A DNA stretch of 64,000 nucleotides from Alphaproteobacteria bacterium. GTDB lineage: Bacteria > Pseudomonadota > Alphaproteobacteria > SP197. This document shows positions 51,598-60,777 of the stretch, piece after piece. Location: NCBI GenBank assembly GCA_964291265.2, contig OZ219747.1, positions 4,000,001-4,064,000 of the forward strand, written 5' to 3'. Position 1 is the first letter of the stretch, and each line of letters begins with the position of its first letter. Under the pieces are notes generated by a model. That model saw nothing but the letters and a program-made list of their open reading frames with translations. It made no database searches and was not told the origin of the DNA. The position numbers and the translations under genes are program-made.

Positions 51598-52163
51598 TTG
51601 GCGGGGCGGGATTTCGTCCAGGGACGACACGTCTGTTCGCGGCTTGATCCGATTCGACCAGTTCAACCGCTTGGCGCTGGACGCTCGCCGTGCACGGACA
51701 GGTCCCTCGGCCACTGCAAGAGGAGCACCGCTCTGCCCGTGCCCGGATGCCCAGCGAGACGCTCCCGCAACCGTCTCGGTCAGTTGCGGCGTTCTCGACG
51801 GCCACCAACCCTGCAGGCGCCCGCTTGCGCCACAGTGCCACCCCGGGTCGATGCCCGAGCGCCCGAACGCCGTTCGAACCCGCCACCACCGCGACCGAGG
51901 CCTCAGCTGCGTCCTGTCGCGCCTCGCTCTCGTGCAATCCGTCTGTCATCCGTGGCCTCCGTCGTTGAAGGGGGCAGATGACCATCAGGACCTCACGTCA
52001 TGACAAGGGTAATCCGGCGGGATCGTGTCCGCCGCCGCATGACCGAGAACTCGACCCGCAATCAGGCGATGGTGAGCGCCTTCAGGCAGATTGATGATGC
52101 GTTGATCGGGCAATTTAGTGGACATGAGCTTTCGCGCTGCGCTTGGTTTGCGGTTCTTGAAGG

Positions 52164-53027
52164 CTACTTGGAAGGGAAGGCTGGTGTTCGTGCCTTGAGG
52201 ACGTCGTTCCAGTCTTTGTGTCCGTCTGGGGGTCTCATGCGGAGAGCTCTTGGGTCTTGGCTGACGAGGCGCTCGGCGGCCTGTTCTCCGACGGGATCGG
52301 CGTCGAAGGCGACGAGGATGCGCTTTGGCGTCCAGGCTTCGGCCCATGTTGGGAGACGGTAAGCGATGCCGGCGGTTGACAGGATCACGGTAGCGGATTG
52401 CCGACATTCCTTGAGGCACCATGCGGAGAGGGCGTCGATGGCGCTTTCGGTGATGATGATGGTGCGTGGCATGGAGCGGTCCACGGGGATCCAGAAGCTG
52501 CCGGCGGCCTTGCGTGATCCACGCGCCATGGCTCTGTACTGCTTTCCGTCTGCGTTGGGGACGGTACCGACGATCTCGGCGCCGGAGAGGTCTCTTTGTG
52601 CGTTGGTGCATGTGAAGACGGCGTTTCTGCGTTCGTCGGCGGCGACGAGGCCGTGCTGTCGGCAAGCGTCCAGACAACGGTCTGGCAGGCGGCGGTCATG
52701 GGCGAGGTAGTGGCGTACGGCGTGCCAGGCTTTCTCGCAGTGCGTTGGTGTTCTCGGCCCCTTGCCGCCGGAGCGTGCGGTGAGGAGTGCGACGGCGTCG
52801 TTGAAGCTGCAGCGGTGTGCATGCATGACGAGATCGATGGCGCCGCCACCGCCGGACTGGGTGATGTGGTCGAACCAGCGTTGTTGGTTGACGCTGATGA
52901 CGGATCCGTGGCGCTTGAAGCGTCGCGGGTCGCGCGGGTCTCTTCGGTAGCCGAGCCGCAGGGCGAGTGGTTCGAGGGGCTGGTTGCGGATGTCATCGAG
53001 ATGCTGATTGTCCCAGGACCGGATCAT
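52164..53027 (-). CDS. DUF3991 + TOPRIM domain primase-like protein
   Basis: WFDH...GGGAIDLVMH, YLAHDRRL, DERRNAVF, GAEIVG, IITESAIDALS, LSTAG, VAFDADPVG, KDWND. Confidence 0.85.
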   Translation of the reverse strand: MIRSWDNQHLDDIRNQPLEPLALRLGYRRDPRDPRRFKRHGSVISVNQQRWFDHITQSGGGGAIDLVMHAHRCSFNDAVALLTARSGGKGPRTPTHCEKAWHAVRHYLAHDRRLPDRCLDACRQHGLVAADERRNAVFTCTNAQRDLSGAEIVGTVPNADGKQYRAMARGSRKAAGSFWIPVDRSMPRTIIITESAIDALSAWCLKECRQSATVILSTAGIAYRLPTWAEAWTPKRILVAFDADPVGEQAAERLVSQDPRALRMRPPDGHKDWNDVLKARTPAFPSK

Positions 53028-53062
53028 GGTCTGTCGAGCCTCCTGCGTGGTGGACGGGGGGT

Positions 53063-53124
53063 GGTTCCCGTTGGCGGTTCCCACCTGAACTCCCAGGGTG
53101 AACGGGAACCGGGAACCGGGAACC
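53063..53124. repeat. Iteron-like GGTTCCC/GGGAACC cluster
   Basis: ggttccc at 53063 and 53076 faces three tandem gggaacc copies at 53104, 53111 and 53118. Confidence 0.75.
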
Positions 53125-53161
53125 GCCTGGCGTCGGGGCGTTTTGCGCCTGGTTGTTGCGG

Positions 53162-54109
53162 TCAGGCTTTGGCGACGCGATAGGCACCGGGACCGTCCTG
53201 TGCGACACGTCCTTCCTGGACGAGCTTGGCCAGAAGCGTGGCGACGGTCGTGTTCCGTGTTGGGACGCGGTCCCGGACCTGGCGCAGCGAGAGCGGGGCA
53301 TCGGCGTCGGCGAGGACCTGGACGATGCGCTGTTCGGGGGTTGGCGGCTGCGGCCTGGCGCCGTCGGGTTCCTGTTGCCGCAGCTGCAGGGCGGCTCCGT
53401 TGCCGCTGTCGGTGAGTTCGATGTCGAGATCGGCGAGTCCGGGTGCGGCGCGGTGTTCGACGGTCATGAGGATGGTTTCGTGGCGGCGCCGCAGGTAGAG
53501 GTTGCTGTCGCCCCATGCGTGCAGCTCGCTGCTTCCGCGCAGGGCCTGTCCGGGCCGGCTGGCGGCGCTCTTGCGTGCGTGGTGGACGAGCAGCACGGCG
53601 GCGCCGGAGTGTCGCTGCACGTCGCGCAGGAAGCCGAGGATCGGCGCGATCTCGGCGACGGCGTTTTCATCGACGCCGTGCAGGCGGACGAGGGGGTCGA
53701 GGATGAGCAGGCGGGAGCCGTGACACTCGACGGTCTCGAGCAGGCGCTGGCGGTCGGTTGGGTGGTCGAGGCGCAGTGCGGGGACGTCGATGACGGCGAT
53801 GTCGAGGGTGTCGAAGTCGGCGCCGGCTGCGGCGGCGATGCCCTGGAGGCGGCGTCGCACGATGTGGCCGGCGTCCTCGGCGGCGAACATGAGCACCGGT
53901 CCGGGGTGCACGGCCGGGAAGCGGCGCAGACAGGGGACGCCGGCGGCGACGGCGACGGCGAGATCGAGGGCGAGGAAGGACTTTCCGCACTTGGGTTCGC
54001 CGCCGATGATGCCGACGGCCTCGCGGCCCCACAGGCCGTCGACGAGCCACTGCCCCTCGGTTGGCCGGTCCTCGAGTTCGGCCGGGCTGCGGGTTGGCAG
54101 GCCGATCAT
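53162..54109 (-). CDS. RecA-fold AAA ATPase (RSF1010 RepA-like / AAA_25) with C-terminal wHTH
   Basis: WLVDGLW, IIGGEPKCGKS, FAAED, LLILDPL, DENA, LLVHHARK, LRGSSEL. Confidence 0.85.
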   Translation of the reverse strand: MIGLPTRSPAELEDRPTEGQWLVDGLWGREAVGIIGGEPKCGKSFLALDLAVAVAAGVPCLRRFPAVHPGPVLMFAAEDAGHIVRRRLQGIAAAAGADFDTLDIAVIDVPALRLDHPTDRQRLLETVECHGSRLLILDPLVRLHGVDENAVAEIAPILGFLRDVQRHSGAAVLLVHHARKSAASRPGQALRGSSELHAWGDSNLYLRRRHETILMTVEHRAAPGLADLDIELTDSGNGAALQLRQQEPDGARPQPPTPEQRIVQVLADADAPLSLRQVRDRVPTRNTTVATLLAKLVQEGRVAQDGPGAYRVAKA

Positions 54110-54936
54110 CGTGTGCGCCTCGGCGGGATGGGTTCGCCCCAGGTTTCGAGGAAGAGCTTTTCGTCGAGCACCTCGCGGTCGGTGTCGAGGGCGACAGCGA
54201 GGAGGTTGTCGGCGAGGATGGTCAGGGAGCGCGGATTGCCGTCTGCATGGACGACGAGGGTCTCCTTGAGGCCGGGGGTCATGAGGCCTGGATTGCCGGC
54301 GGCGTCGAGCAGGTGGTCGAGCAGGCGGAGCAGTTCGTCGGGTTCGCAGCGCGTCATGACGAGGCGTTGACGGACCCGCGAGGCGACGGCTTGCAGGTCG
54401 GGGCTGTGCAGCTTGGCGAGCAGGCGGCTGTCGCCGGCCAGGACGACGCTGAGGATGGCGCGCGAGTCGAACTCCGTGGAGGCGAGCAGGCGCAGTTCGG
54501 TGAGCACGGCCTGCGGCATCTCCTGGGCCTCGTCGACGAGCAGGACCGGGCGCATGCGGGTGTCCTCGAGATGGGTGAGCCAGCACTCGCGCAAGGCCTT
54601 GAAGCCGGCCCAGAGGTTCCGGCGCAGGGTCGTGATGCCGAAGAGGTCGGTCATCTCGCGGTAGAAGTCTGCGGTGCTCGACGAGGGATGGGCGAGAACG
54701 GCGACGTCGAGGCCCTCCGCGGTCTCGAGACGCTCGTCGAGCAGGCGCAGGGCGACGCTCTTGCCGGTGCCATGCTCGCCGGCCACCACGGCGAAGCCGC
54801 CCTGGCGCACGAGCTGACGCTCGATCCTGCGGCAGAAGCTGTCGATCGCGGGCGTTGCGAGAAGGCCCTCGACCGGCAGGTCGGCGGCGAAGGGGTTCCA
54901 CTTGAGGCCGTAATGGGTGAGGTGTTGGCGGTTCAT
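54106..54936 (-). CDS. ExeA-like AAA+ transposition ATPase
   Basis: YGLKWNPF, VAGEHGTGKS, VLLVDEAQEM, VVLAGD, GNPRSL. Confidence 0.87.
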   Translation of the reverse strand: MNRQHLTHYGLKWNPFAADLPVEGLLATPAIDSFCRRIERQLVRQGGFAVVAGEHGTGKSVALRLLDERLETAEGLDVAVLAHPSSSTADFYREMTDLFGITTLRRNLWAGFKALRECWLTHLEDTRMRPVLLVDEAQEMPQAVLTELRLLASTEFDSRAILSVVLAGDSRLLAKLHSPDLQAVASRVRQRLVMTRCEPDELLRLLDHLLDAAGNPGLMTPGLKETLVVHADGNPRSLTILADNLLAVALDTDREVLDEKLFLETWGEPIPPRRTR

Positions 54937-56450
54937 GACATGTCTCCCTGATCGTTGTTGTCCTTGCCTTCGTCGTTCGGGCCGGCCTCCTTGCCGAAGG
55001 GCAACCATGCCGGGGGCAGGCCGGTGGCGTCCTGCTCGTCGCGGAGGCGCTTGAGCAGCGGCGCCGGCCCGGTCTGTGGCTTCACCTCGTCGTCTTCTCT
55101 CCGGCGCCCGGTCCGGCGGCGGAGCCCCTCGGCGTTGCGAGACTTGTCCACCGGACGCAGGGTCGAGATGCGGTCCCCGGTGCGGCCGTCGACCATGTCG
55201 ATGCCGGAGAGGTCCCAGCGGGCGACGCGCAGGTCGATCTCGCGCAGGTGGCGCCACGGCGCCGGCAGTTGATAGCGGACACTCGCCACCGTCACCGTGG
55301 CGTCGGAGCGTCGCACCTTGCGACGCACCTTGATGCGGAAGGCGGCCCGGAGTTCGCTGCTGTCCGGGCATGTCCGCGAGGCGTCCTCGCTGTCGATCAC
55401 GCGCCTGAGCGGCGTGACCCCCGTCTCGCGGTGTACGCGGCGGTGATACTCGCGCTCGAACCAGATGACGGTGGCGTCGTTCAGGTCCTGCAGGGTCAGG
55501 GTCTCGACGTTCTCGAGCATCGCCATCAGGCGGCCCTCGACCTGGGCGAACAGCACCTCCTGCTTGCCGTTCTGGTACGGGCTGCGGACAAGCGTGTGGT
55601 GGTGCAGCACGCCGAGGGCGTGCAGTCCCTCCTGCACCTCCCCGGCCGTCATCGCCGATCCGTTGTCGGTCAGAAGGGACCGCGGCAGCCCTCGCTTCAT
55701 GAAGGCCTGGCTGATGCCGTGAACGAAGATCTCCGTGGTCTCCCCGAGATACCACTGCATGTGGCAGACGAGACGCGAGTGGTCGTCGATGAAGCTGAGC
55801 AGGATCGGCGTCCTCCACTCCCCGGACGGCGTCAGCACGCGACAGGTCCGCGCATGGTGGAAGTCGGCGTGCCACAGGGCATGGCTGCGCGAGACCTCGT
55901 AGCTCAGCACCTCGCGCCCCTCGACCGCAGGCCGCTCCGCTTCACCACCGAACTTCCGCTGCCGCCGCCGCCGCTCCAGGCCCGCCGAACGCATGACCCG
56001 GGTCAGCGTCGCATAGGACGGCATCGGCCCGAGCGAAGGGTCGGCCTCGACCAGCGCGCAAAGGTTGTCGTGGTGGAGCTGAACCGACCACGTGGGGTGC
56101 GCCCTGTACTGGTCGCGCAAGGCCGCCATCAGCAGGGGCGAGACGCTCCGCGCACGACCGGCGTCGCAGCGCACCCGACGGCGCAGCGCCCGCACCGGAT
56201 CCCGGTCGGCCGACCGCGCCTTGTAGTACCAGCGCTCGATCGTCGACACCGAGAAGCGGATCGTGCCGCCCCTGACGGGATGCTCCCAGTCCCGCCGCGA
56301 CAGCCGTTGAAGCTCGGCCCGCAAACCACCCTTCGGCGGCGGCGACGCCAGCAGCGGGCCAACCACCGCAAAGCGCAGCCGCGTCCAGGCGTCCCCGGCG
56401 TCCGCTTCGTCCTTCGTCACCACGACGGCCTTCCTCCCTCGTCGTCCCAT
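54933..56450 (-). CDS. DDE transposase (rve core, Mu-like C-terminus)
   Basis: FSVSTIERW HTH, LWHADFH, FIDDHSR, LLTDNGSAM, PYQNGKQE, YHRRVH. Confidence 0.9.
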   Translation of the reverse strand: MGRRGRKAVVVTKDEADAGDAWTRLRFAVVGPLLASPPPKGGLRAELQRLSRRDWEHPVRGGTIRFSVSTIERWYYKARSADRDPVRALRRRVRCDAGRARSVSPLLMAALRDQYRAHPTWSVQLHHDNLCALVEADPSLGPMPSYATLTRVMRSAGLERRRRQRKFGGEAERPAVEGREVLSYEVSRSHALWHADFHHARTCRVLTPSGEWRTPILLSFIDDHSRLVCHMQWYLGETTEIFVHGISQAFMKRGLPRSLLTDNGSAMTAGEVQEGLHALGVLHHHTLVRSPYQNGKQEVLFAQVEGRLMAMLENVETLTLQDLNDATVIWFEREYHRRVHRETGVTPLRRVIDSEDASRTCPDSSELRAAFRIKVRRKVRRSDATVTVASVRYQLPAPWRHLREIDLRVARWDLSGIDMVDGRTGDRISTLRPVDKSRNAEGLRRRTGRRREDDEVKPQTGPAPLLKRLRDEQDATGLPPAWLPFGKEAGPNDEGKDNNDQGDMS

Positions 56451-56472
56451 GGGAGGAAGGCCCTATACGGTC

Positions 56473-57087
56473 CTATGTCATCGCACTACAGGCACTCTCT
56501 GCGGGCGGCGACAGACCATCGACGATCCTGCAGAAGCCGGTCCACGGCATGAGCCAGACCAGGCTCCGCAGAAGGCGCGATCGAAACGATCCGCCGCGCA
56601 TCAAGCGCACCAGGGCCACAAGCGGAGGCTCGTCCGCCTCCACCGCCAGATCGCCACGTTTCCAGCGCCACGCCGCCGTCGCCGGGAACCTCTCCCGCCA
56701 CCATCGACGCCACCGGCCAAGCGTCCTCTCCGGGATGCCAGACATGCGGCTCGCCTTCGCCAGGGGAACACTGCCGCACAGAACCAGGAGGCTCGCAGCC
56801 AGGTATACCGGCGCCGCACGGAACCTCCGGCCGAAGAAGCGCACCGAGGGCGGAGTCGTCCGGCTCCTGCACTCAGCACAGCAGAAGCTGAAGCGGCGGT
56901 TGTCGCCGCGAAGAGCAGGCGCAAGCGCGTGCGGCTTGCGCGGATACCGCGCGCTGTGAAGACGACCGCCGCAATGCGGGCATCCCTCCAGGCGGCAGCG
57001 CTCCGCCTCGGCCGCATCAATCCTCTCAAGGAGAGGCCAGACATGAGCGCAGGAAAGTATGGGACCCGGGAAGGAAACGTGCGACAT
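56473..57087 (-). CDS. Zn-finger/HTH accessory protein (DUF6431-like)
   Basis: CPHCGGRLHSARYPRKP, RFSFCCAECRSRTTPPSVRFFGRR, RTLGRWRRWW. Confidence 0.75.
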   Translation of the reverse strand: MSHVSFPGPILSCAHVWPLLERIDAAEAERCRLEGCPHCGGRLHSARYPRKPHALAPALRGDNRRFSFCCAECRSRTTPPSVRFFGRRFRAAPVYLAASLLVLCGSVPLAKASRMSGIPERTLGRWRRWWRERFPATAAWRWKRGDLAVEADEPPLVALVRLMRGGSFRSRLLRSLVWLMPWTGFCRIVDGLSPPAESACSAMT

Positions 57088-57124
57088 TGACTGGCCTCCG
57101 GTGATCTCACCGTCACGGAGACAA

Positions 57125-57161
57125 GCCCCTCGGCCGACTTCTTGCAAGTCGGTCGAGGGGC
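57125..57161. promoter_or_regulatory. Long inverted repeat upstream of the transposon operon
   Basis: gcccctcggccgactt-cttgc-aagtcggtcgaggggc: 16-bp arms with one mismatch. Confidence 0.5.
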
Positions 57162-57312
57162 AATCACCCCAGACCAGCAGACAATTCAAGCAAAACCGAC
57201 GGAATCCACGTCAAAAATCGCGCAAACGCTTAGATGGCATGCCCGATGAGCGCTGCTCGACCGTGCATGTCGTTGTGCGTGGAACCCGGGAAGACAGACC
57301 GGATACGCCCGC

Positions 57313-58042
57313 CTACTCTCGTCTGGCGCCGAAACCGCCGACGATGCCGCGCTTCTCGAAGGTGCCCGCGGCCTCGACAAGGTTGGAGTCGTGGAAGCCG
57401 CCCCGGATGTTGTCCCCCGAGGCTCCGGAACCGAATGTGCCGTCCGCGCCGACCGGAACATCGTCGAATCTGACGGAGCCGACGGACCAGGCATTGCCGT
57501 TCGCATTGTCCCGGATGTTGCCGATCGCCACGTCGAGCGTGCCGTCCACGGCGCTCCAGGAGAGAGTCGCGTCCCCGGCCAGGCGGGTTCCGACCGTGGC
57601 TCCCTCGACCGCCGTCCCGACCATGCGCCCGGTCCACGTGGCATTGGCCGGCGGCCGCGATCCTGTCAGGTCTCCGCCGGCAAACCCGAAGCGCGTCATC
57701 GGCGTCCCGAGTTCTTCAGCCATACCGAACACGCTGTGCGTCATCCAGTAGCCGTAGGTTCTTCGACCGTCGGAGCGGTATTCGAAGTCGGTTGCGCCGT
57801 TGCGGGTGGCGCCCCTGGCGACGCCCGAGACATCTGCCGGGAAGAGGTCGGAGATCGTCCGGGCCGGGGGGGGTGTCCTCGCCGATCTACAGGCAGCGAA
57901 CCTGAACGCATGCAGCCGTCCCGACAGGACTGCTTCCGGCATAGGCACCGGTCGCGACGAGGGCATCCGCGCGCCGGGCGAAGTCCCGGGCACGCGCCTT
58001 CTGCTCCTCCGGCCTCTCCGATTCCGACGGACCGACGCCGAA
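57313..58042 (-). pseudogene. TbpB-like beta-barrel surface protein fragment, 5' end cut by the IS21-like element
   Basis: YGYWMTHSVFG, ATWTGRMVG, GDATLSW, LDVAIGNI, IRGGFH...EAAGTFEKRGIVGGFGARR. No signal peptide before the element end at 58043. Confidence 0.6.
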
Positions 58043-58110
58043 TGTTGATGGCTGCATAGAACGGCGGGATTTCGGCGATTTGCCGCGCTTTGTCAGGGTC
58101 GTGTTTCTTC

Positions 58111-58203
58111 CCTGTTGTCAGGTCCTATTGTCACGTCCTGTTGTCGTGGTTTGAGTGTTCGGCTGGTTGTCTCCCCGAGCGCCGCCGTCTTTTCCTATTG
58201 TCG
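58111..58203 (+). repeat. Subterminal cct(g/a)ttgtc repeats (putative transposase-binding sites)
   Basis: Copies at 58111, 58124 and 58137 (13-bp period) and near 58194. The same array recurs 1748 bp downstream. Confidence 0.7.
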
Positions 58204-58520
58204 TTTTGGTCCGGTTCGGGTTCCGTCGACCTCTGCTTCGGTCTTGGTGACGGTTGCCGGGAGGGTTCCGGTTCCGAGGCACTCGCGGGATTGTTTGTCT
58301 TCCCTGTGGGCGGGTCGCGTTGTCCGGTCCCGGGGCGGCGTCTTTGCCGCCGCCCCGGGTGGATGCTAGATCGGCATCAAGAGAAAGAGCGATGCGATGC
58401 CGGGCGGAGTTGTGACGCCCCCCGGCGCAGCACCCGGACGAGCCGGTCACGGGGGACCGAACTCCCGTGTATTGTCGAGCCATTTTGCGTCCGGGTCCAC
58501 CCCCGCTCTCGAGACGGACG

Positions 58521-58997
58521 GTGTGCACGACAGGACGACTGTTCAACTGCAGGCGGTGTCAGCGGCAGGTTGTTCTCTGCCGGTCGTGTGACCGGGGGCA
58601 TGTGTATTGCTCCAAGGAGTGCAGGGAGCGGTCCCGGATCGAGCGGCGCCGCGCGTCGCGTCGTCGCTACCAGAGCACGCTGAAGGGCCGTGAGACGGGC
58701 CGTCACCGCCAGCGGCGTTACCGGCTCCGCAAGGCGGAGGAGGCGCGTGCGTTGAAGGCCAGGGCGGCGATGGTTGCCGAGATCATGGGCACGCAGACGT
58801 CTGCTGTGGTGCTGCTTGGCGACGTTCCGGCGGTGTCTGGAGACGCCGGTTCTGAAGAAATCGTTACGGACCACCCTTCCCGACTGCTGCCGACCTCCCT
58901 ACCTGCGGTTGTGAAGGCGCAAGAGCGACGCGAATCGCCGCTTCGGTGCGCCCGGTGCGGACGGGTCGTGACGCATGTGGTGCTGAGGGACCTGTGA
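58521..58997 (+). CDS. Cys-rich basic Zn-finger protein (copy 1)
   Basis: RLFNCRRCQRQVVLCRSCDRGHVYCSKEC, an Arg-rich helix, C-terminal CARCG. Confidence 0.75.
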   Translation: MCTTGRLFNCRRCQRQVVLCRSCDRGHVYCSKECRERSRIERRRASRRRYQSTLKGRETGRHRQRRYRLRKAEEARALKARAAMVAEIMGTQTSAVVLLGDVPAVSGDAGSEEIVTDHPSRLLPTSLPAVVKAQERRESPLRCARCGRVVTHVVLRDL

Positions 58998-59029
58998 TGC
59001 GGCGTTGAGGAACCAAAGGGAGGGAGTTC

Positions 59030-59790
59030 ATGGCGATCGACGAGGACACGCGGGCGACGATCGTGCGGCTGTCGCGGGCCGAGGGCTGGGCTGTGGGGAC
59101 GATTGCCCGGCATCTCGGCGTGCACCACGGCACGGTGACGCGGGCGCTCAAGGCGTCGGGGCAGGAGCGGCGGCCGCGGGCCAAGCTCATCGACCCCTTC
59201 GTTGCCTTCCTCGGGGAGCGTCTTGAGGCGTCGCCGGACCTTCCGGCCAGCACGCTCTGGCGACAGGTCGTGGCTCTGGGCTACCGCGGCGGCGAGGATC
59301 ACTTCCGTCACGACCTGCGCCGCCTCGGGCTGAGGCCGGTGAAGAGGCCCGAGCCGTCGCTGCGGCTGAGCTTCCTTCCGGGCGAGCAGGCGCAGGTTGA
59401 CTGGGCCGAGTTCGGGAAGGTCCGCATCGGCCGGGCGGAGCGCAGGCTCATGGGGCTTCTCGTCACCCTCAGCTACTCGCGCCAGACTGTCCTGAGCCTG
59501 TTCCACGACGCGCGGATGGCCAGCTTCCTGCAAGGCCATGTCGAGGCTTTCGCGGCATTCGGGGGTGTGCCGCGGAGGCTTCTGTACGACAACCTGAAGA
59601 GTGCCGTGGTGACGCGCCGCGGCAAGGCGGTCACCTATCATCCGATGCTGCTCGGCCTCGCGGCCCACTATGCCTTCGAACCGAGCGCCGCCTGGCCCAG
59701 GAGCCCGCAGGAGAAGGGCCGCGTGGAACGCCGTGTGCGCTTCGCGCGCACCGGGTTCTTCGCCGGGCGCGACATCACGGTCCCGCTCGG
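59030..59790 (+). pseudogene. istA: IstA transposase truncated at about codon 254
   Basis: Same protein as 60778.. up to RDITVPLG, then runs into the element left end. Confidence 0.88.
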
Positions 59791-60268
59791 TGTTGATGGC
59801 TGCATAGAACGGCGGGATTTCGGCGATTTGCCGCGCTTTGTCAGGGTCGTGTTTCTTCCCTGTTGTCAGGTCCTATTGTCACGTCCTGTTGTCGTGGTTT
59901 GAGTGTTCGGCTGGTTGTCTCCCCGAGCGCCGCCGTCTTTTCCTATTGTCGTTTTGGTCCGGTTCGGGTTCCGTCGACCTCTGCTTCGGTTTTGGTGACG
60001 GTTGCCGGGAGGGTTCCGGTTCCGAGGCACTCGCGGGATTGTTTGTCTTCCCTGTGGGCGGGTCGCGTTGTCCGGTCCCGGGGCGGCGTCTTTGCCGCCG
60101 CCCCGGGTGGATGCTAGATCGGCATCAAGAGAAAGAGCGATGCGATGCCGGGCGGAGTTGTGACGCCCCCCGGCGCAGCACCCGGACGAGCCGGTCACGG
60201 GGGACCGAACTCCCGTGTATTGTCGAGCCATTTTGCGTCCGGGTCCACCCCCGCTCTCGAGACGGACG

Positions 60269-60745
60269 GTGTGCACGACAGGACGACTGTTCAACTGCAG
60301 GCGGTGTCAGCGGCAGGTTGTTCTCTGCCGGTCGTGTGACCGGGGGCATGTGTATTGCTCCAAGGAGTGCAGGGAGCGGTCCCGGATCGAGCGGCGCCGC
60401 GCGTCGCGTCGTCGCTACCAGAGCACGCTGAAGGGCCGTGAGACGGGCCGTCACCGCCAGCGGCGTTACCGGCTCCGCAAGGCGGAGGAGGCGCGTGCGT
60501 TGAAGGCCAGGGCGGCGATGGTTGCCGAGATCATGGGCACGCAGACGTCTGCTGTGGTGCTGCTTGGCGACGTTCCGGCGGTGTCTGGAGACGCCGGTTC
60601 TGAAGAAATCGTTACGGACCACCCTTCCCGACTGCTGCCGACCTCCCTACCTGCGGTTGTGAAGGCGCGAGAGCGACGCGAATCGCCGCTTCGGTGCGCC
60701 CGGTGCGGACGGGTCGTGACGCATGTGGTGCTGAGGGACCTGTGA
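60269..60745 (+). CDS. Cys-rich basic Zn-finger protein (copy 2)
   Basis: Same as 58521-58997 with one Q/R change. Confidence 0.75.
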   Translation: MCTTGRLFNCRRCQRQVVLCRSCDRGHVYCSKECRERSRIERRRASRRRYQSTLKGRETGRHRQRRYRLRKAEEARALKARAAMVAEIMGTQTSAVVLLGDVPAVSGDAGSEEIVTDHPSRLLPTSLPAVVKARERRESPLRCARCGRVVTHVVLRDL

Positions 60746-60777
60746 TGCGGCGTTGAGGAACCAAAGGGAGGGAGTTC

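Larger units (their letters stand above)
52164..57165 (-). mobile_element. DDE transposon-like operon: Zn-finger, transposase, ExeA-like ATPase, AAA helicase-like, TOPRIM protein (ends not defined)
   Basis: Five co-oriented, mostly overlapping genes. Terminal repeats were not identified. Confidence 0.7.
58043..59790 (+). mobile_element. IS21-like element, outer copy (left end to mid-istA, interrupted)
   Basis: Begins TGTTGATGGC. Near-identical to 59791-61538 (1748-bp direct repeat). Confidence 0.85.

Noticed and set aside
51539-51949. ORF starting MTDGLHESEARQ with a GGAGG RBS
   Set aside because: No recognisable motif and it overlaps the ABC ATPase end antisense, so it is not supportable as a gene.
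54106-54936. Type II secretion ExeA/GspA gene
   Set aside because: It is coupled to a DDE transposase with no secretion genes, so it is a transposition ATPase.
51600-57310. Terminal repeats and TSD of the 52-57 kb element
   Set aside because: Candidates (tgtcatcc near 51944, gatggca near 57239) are short and their flanks do not form a duplication.
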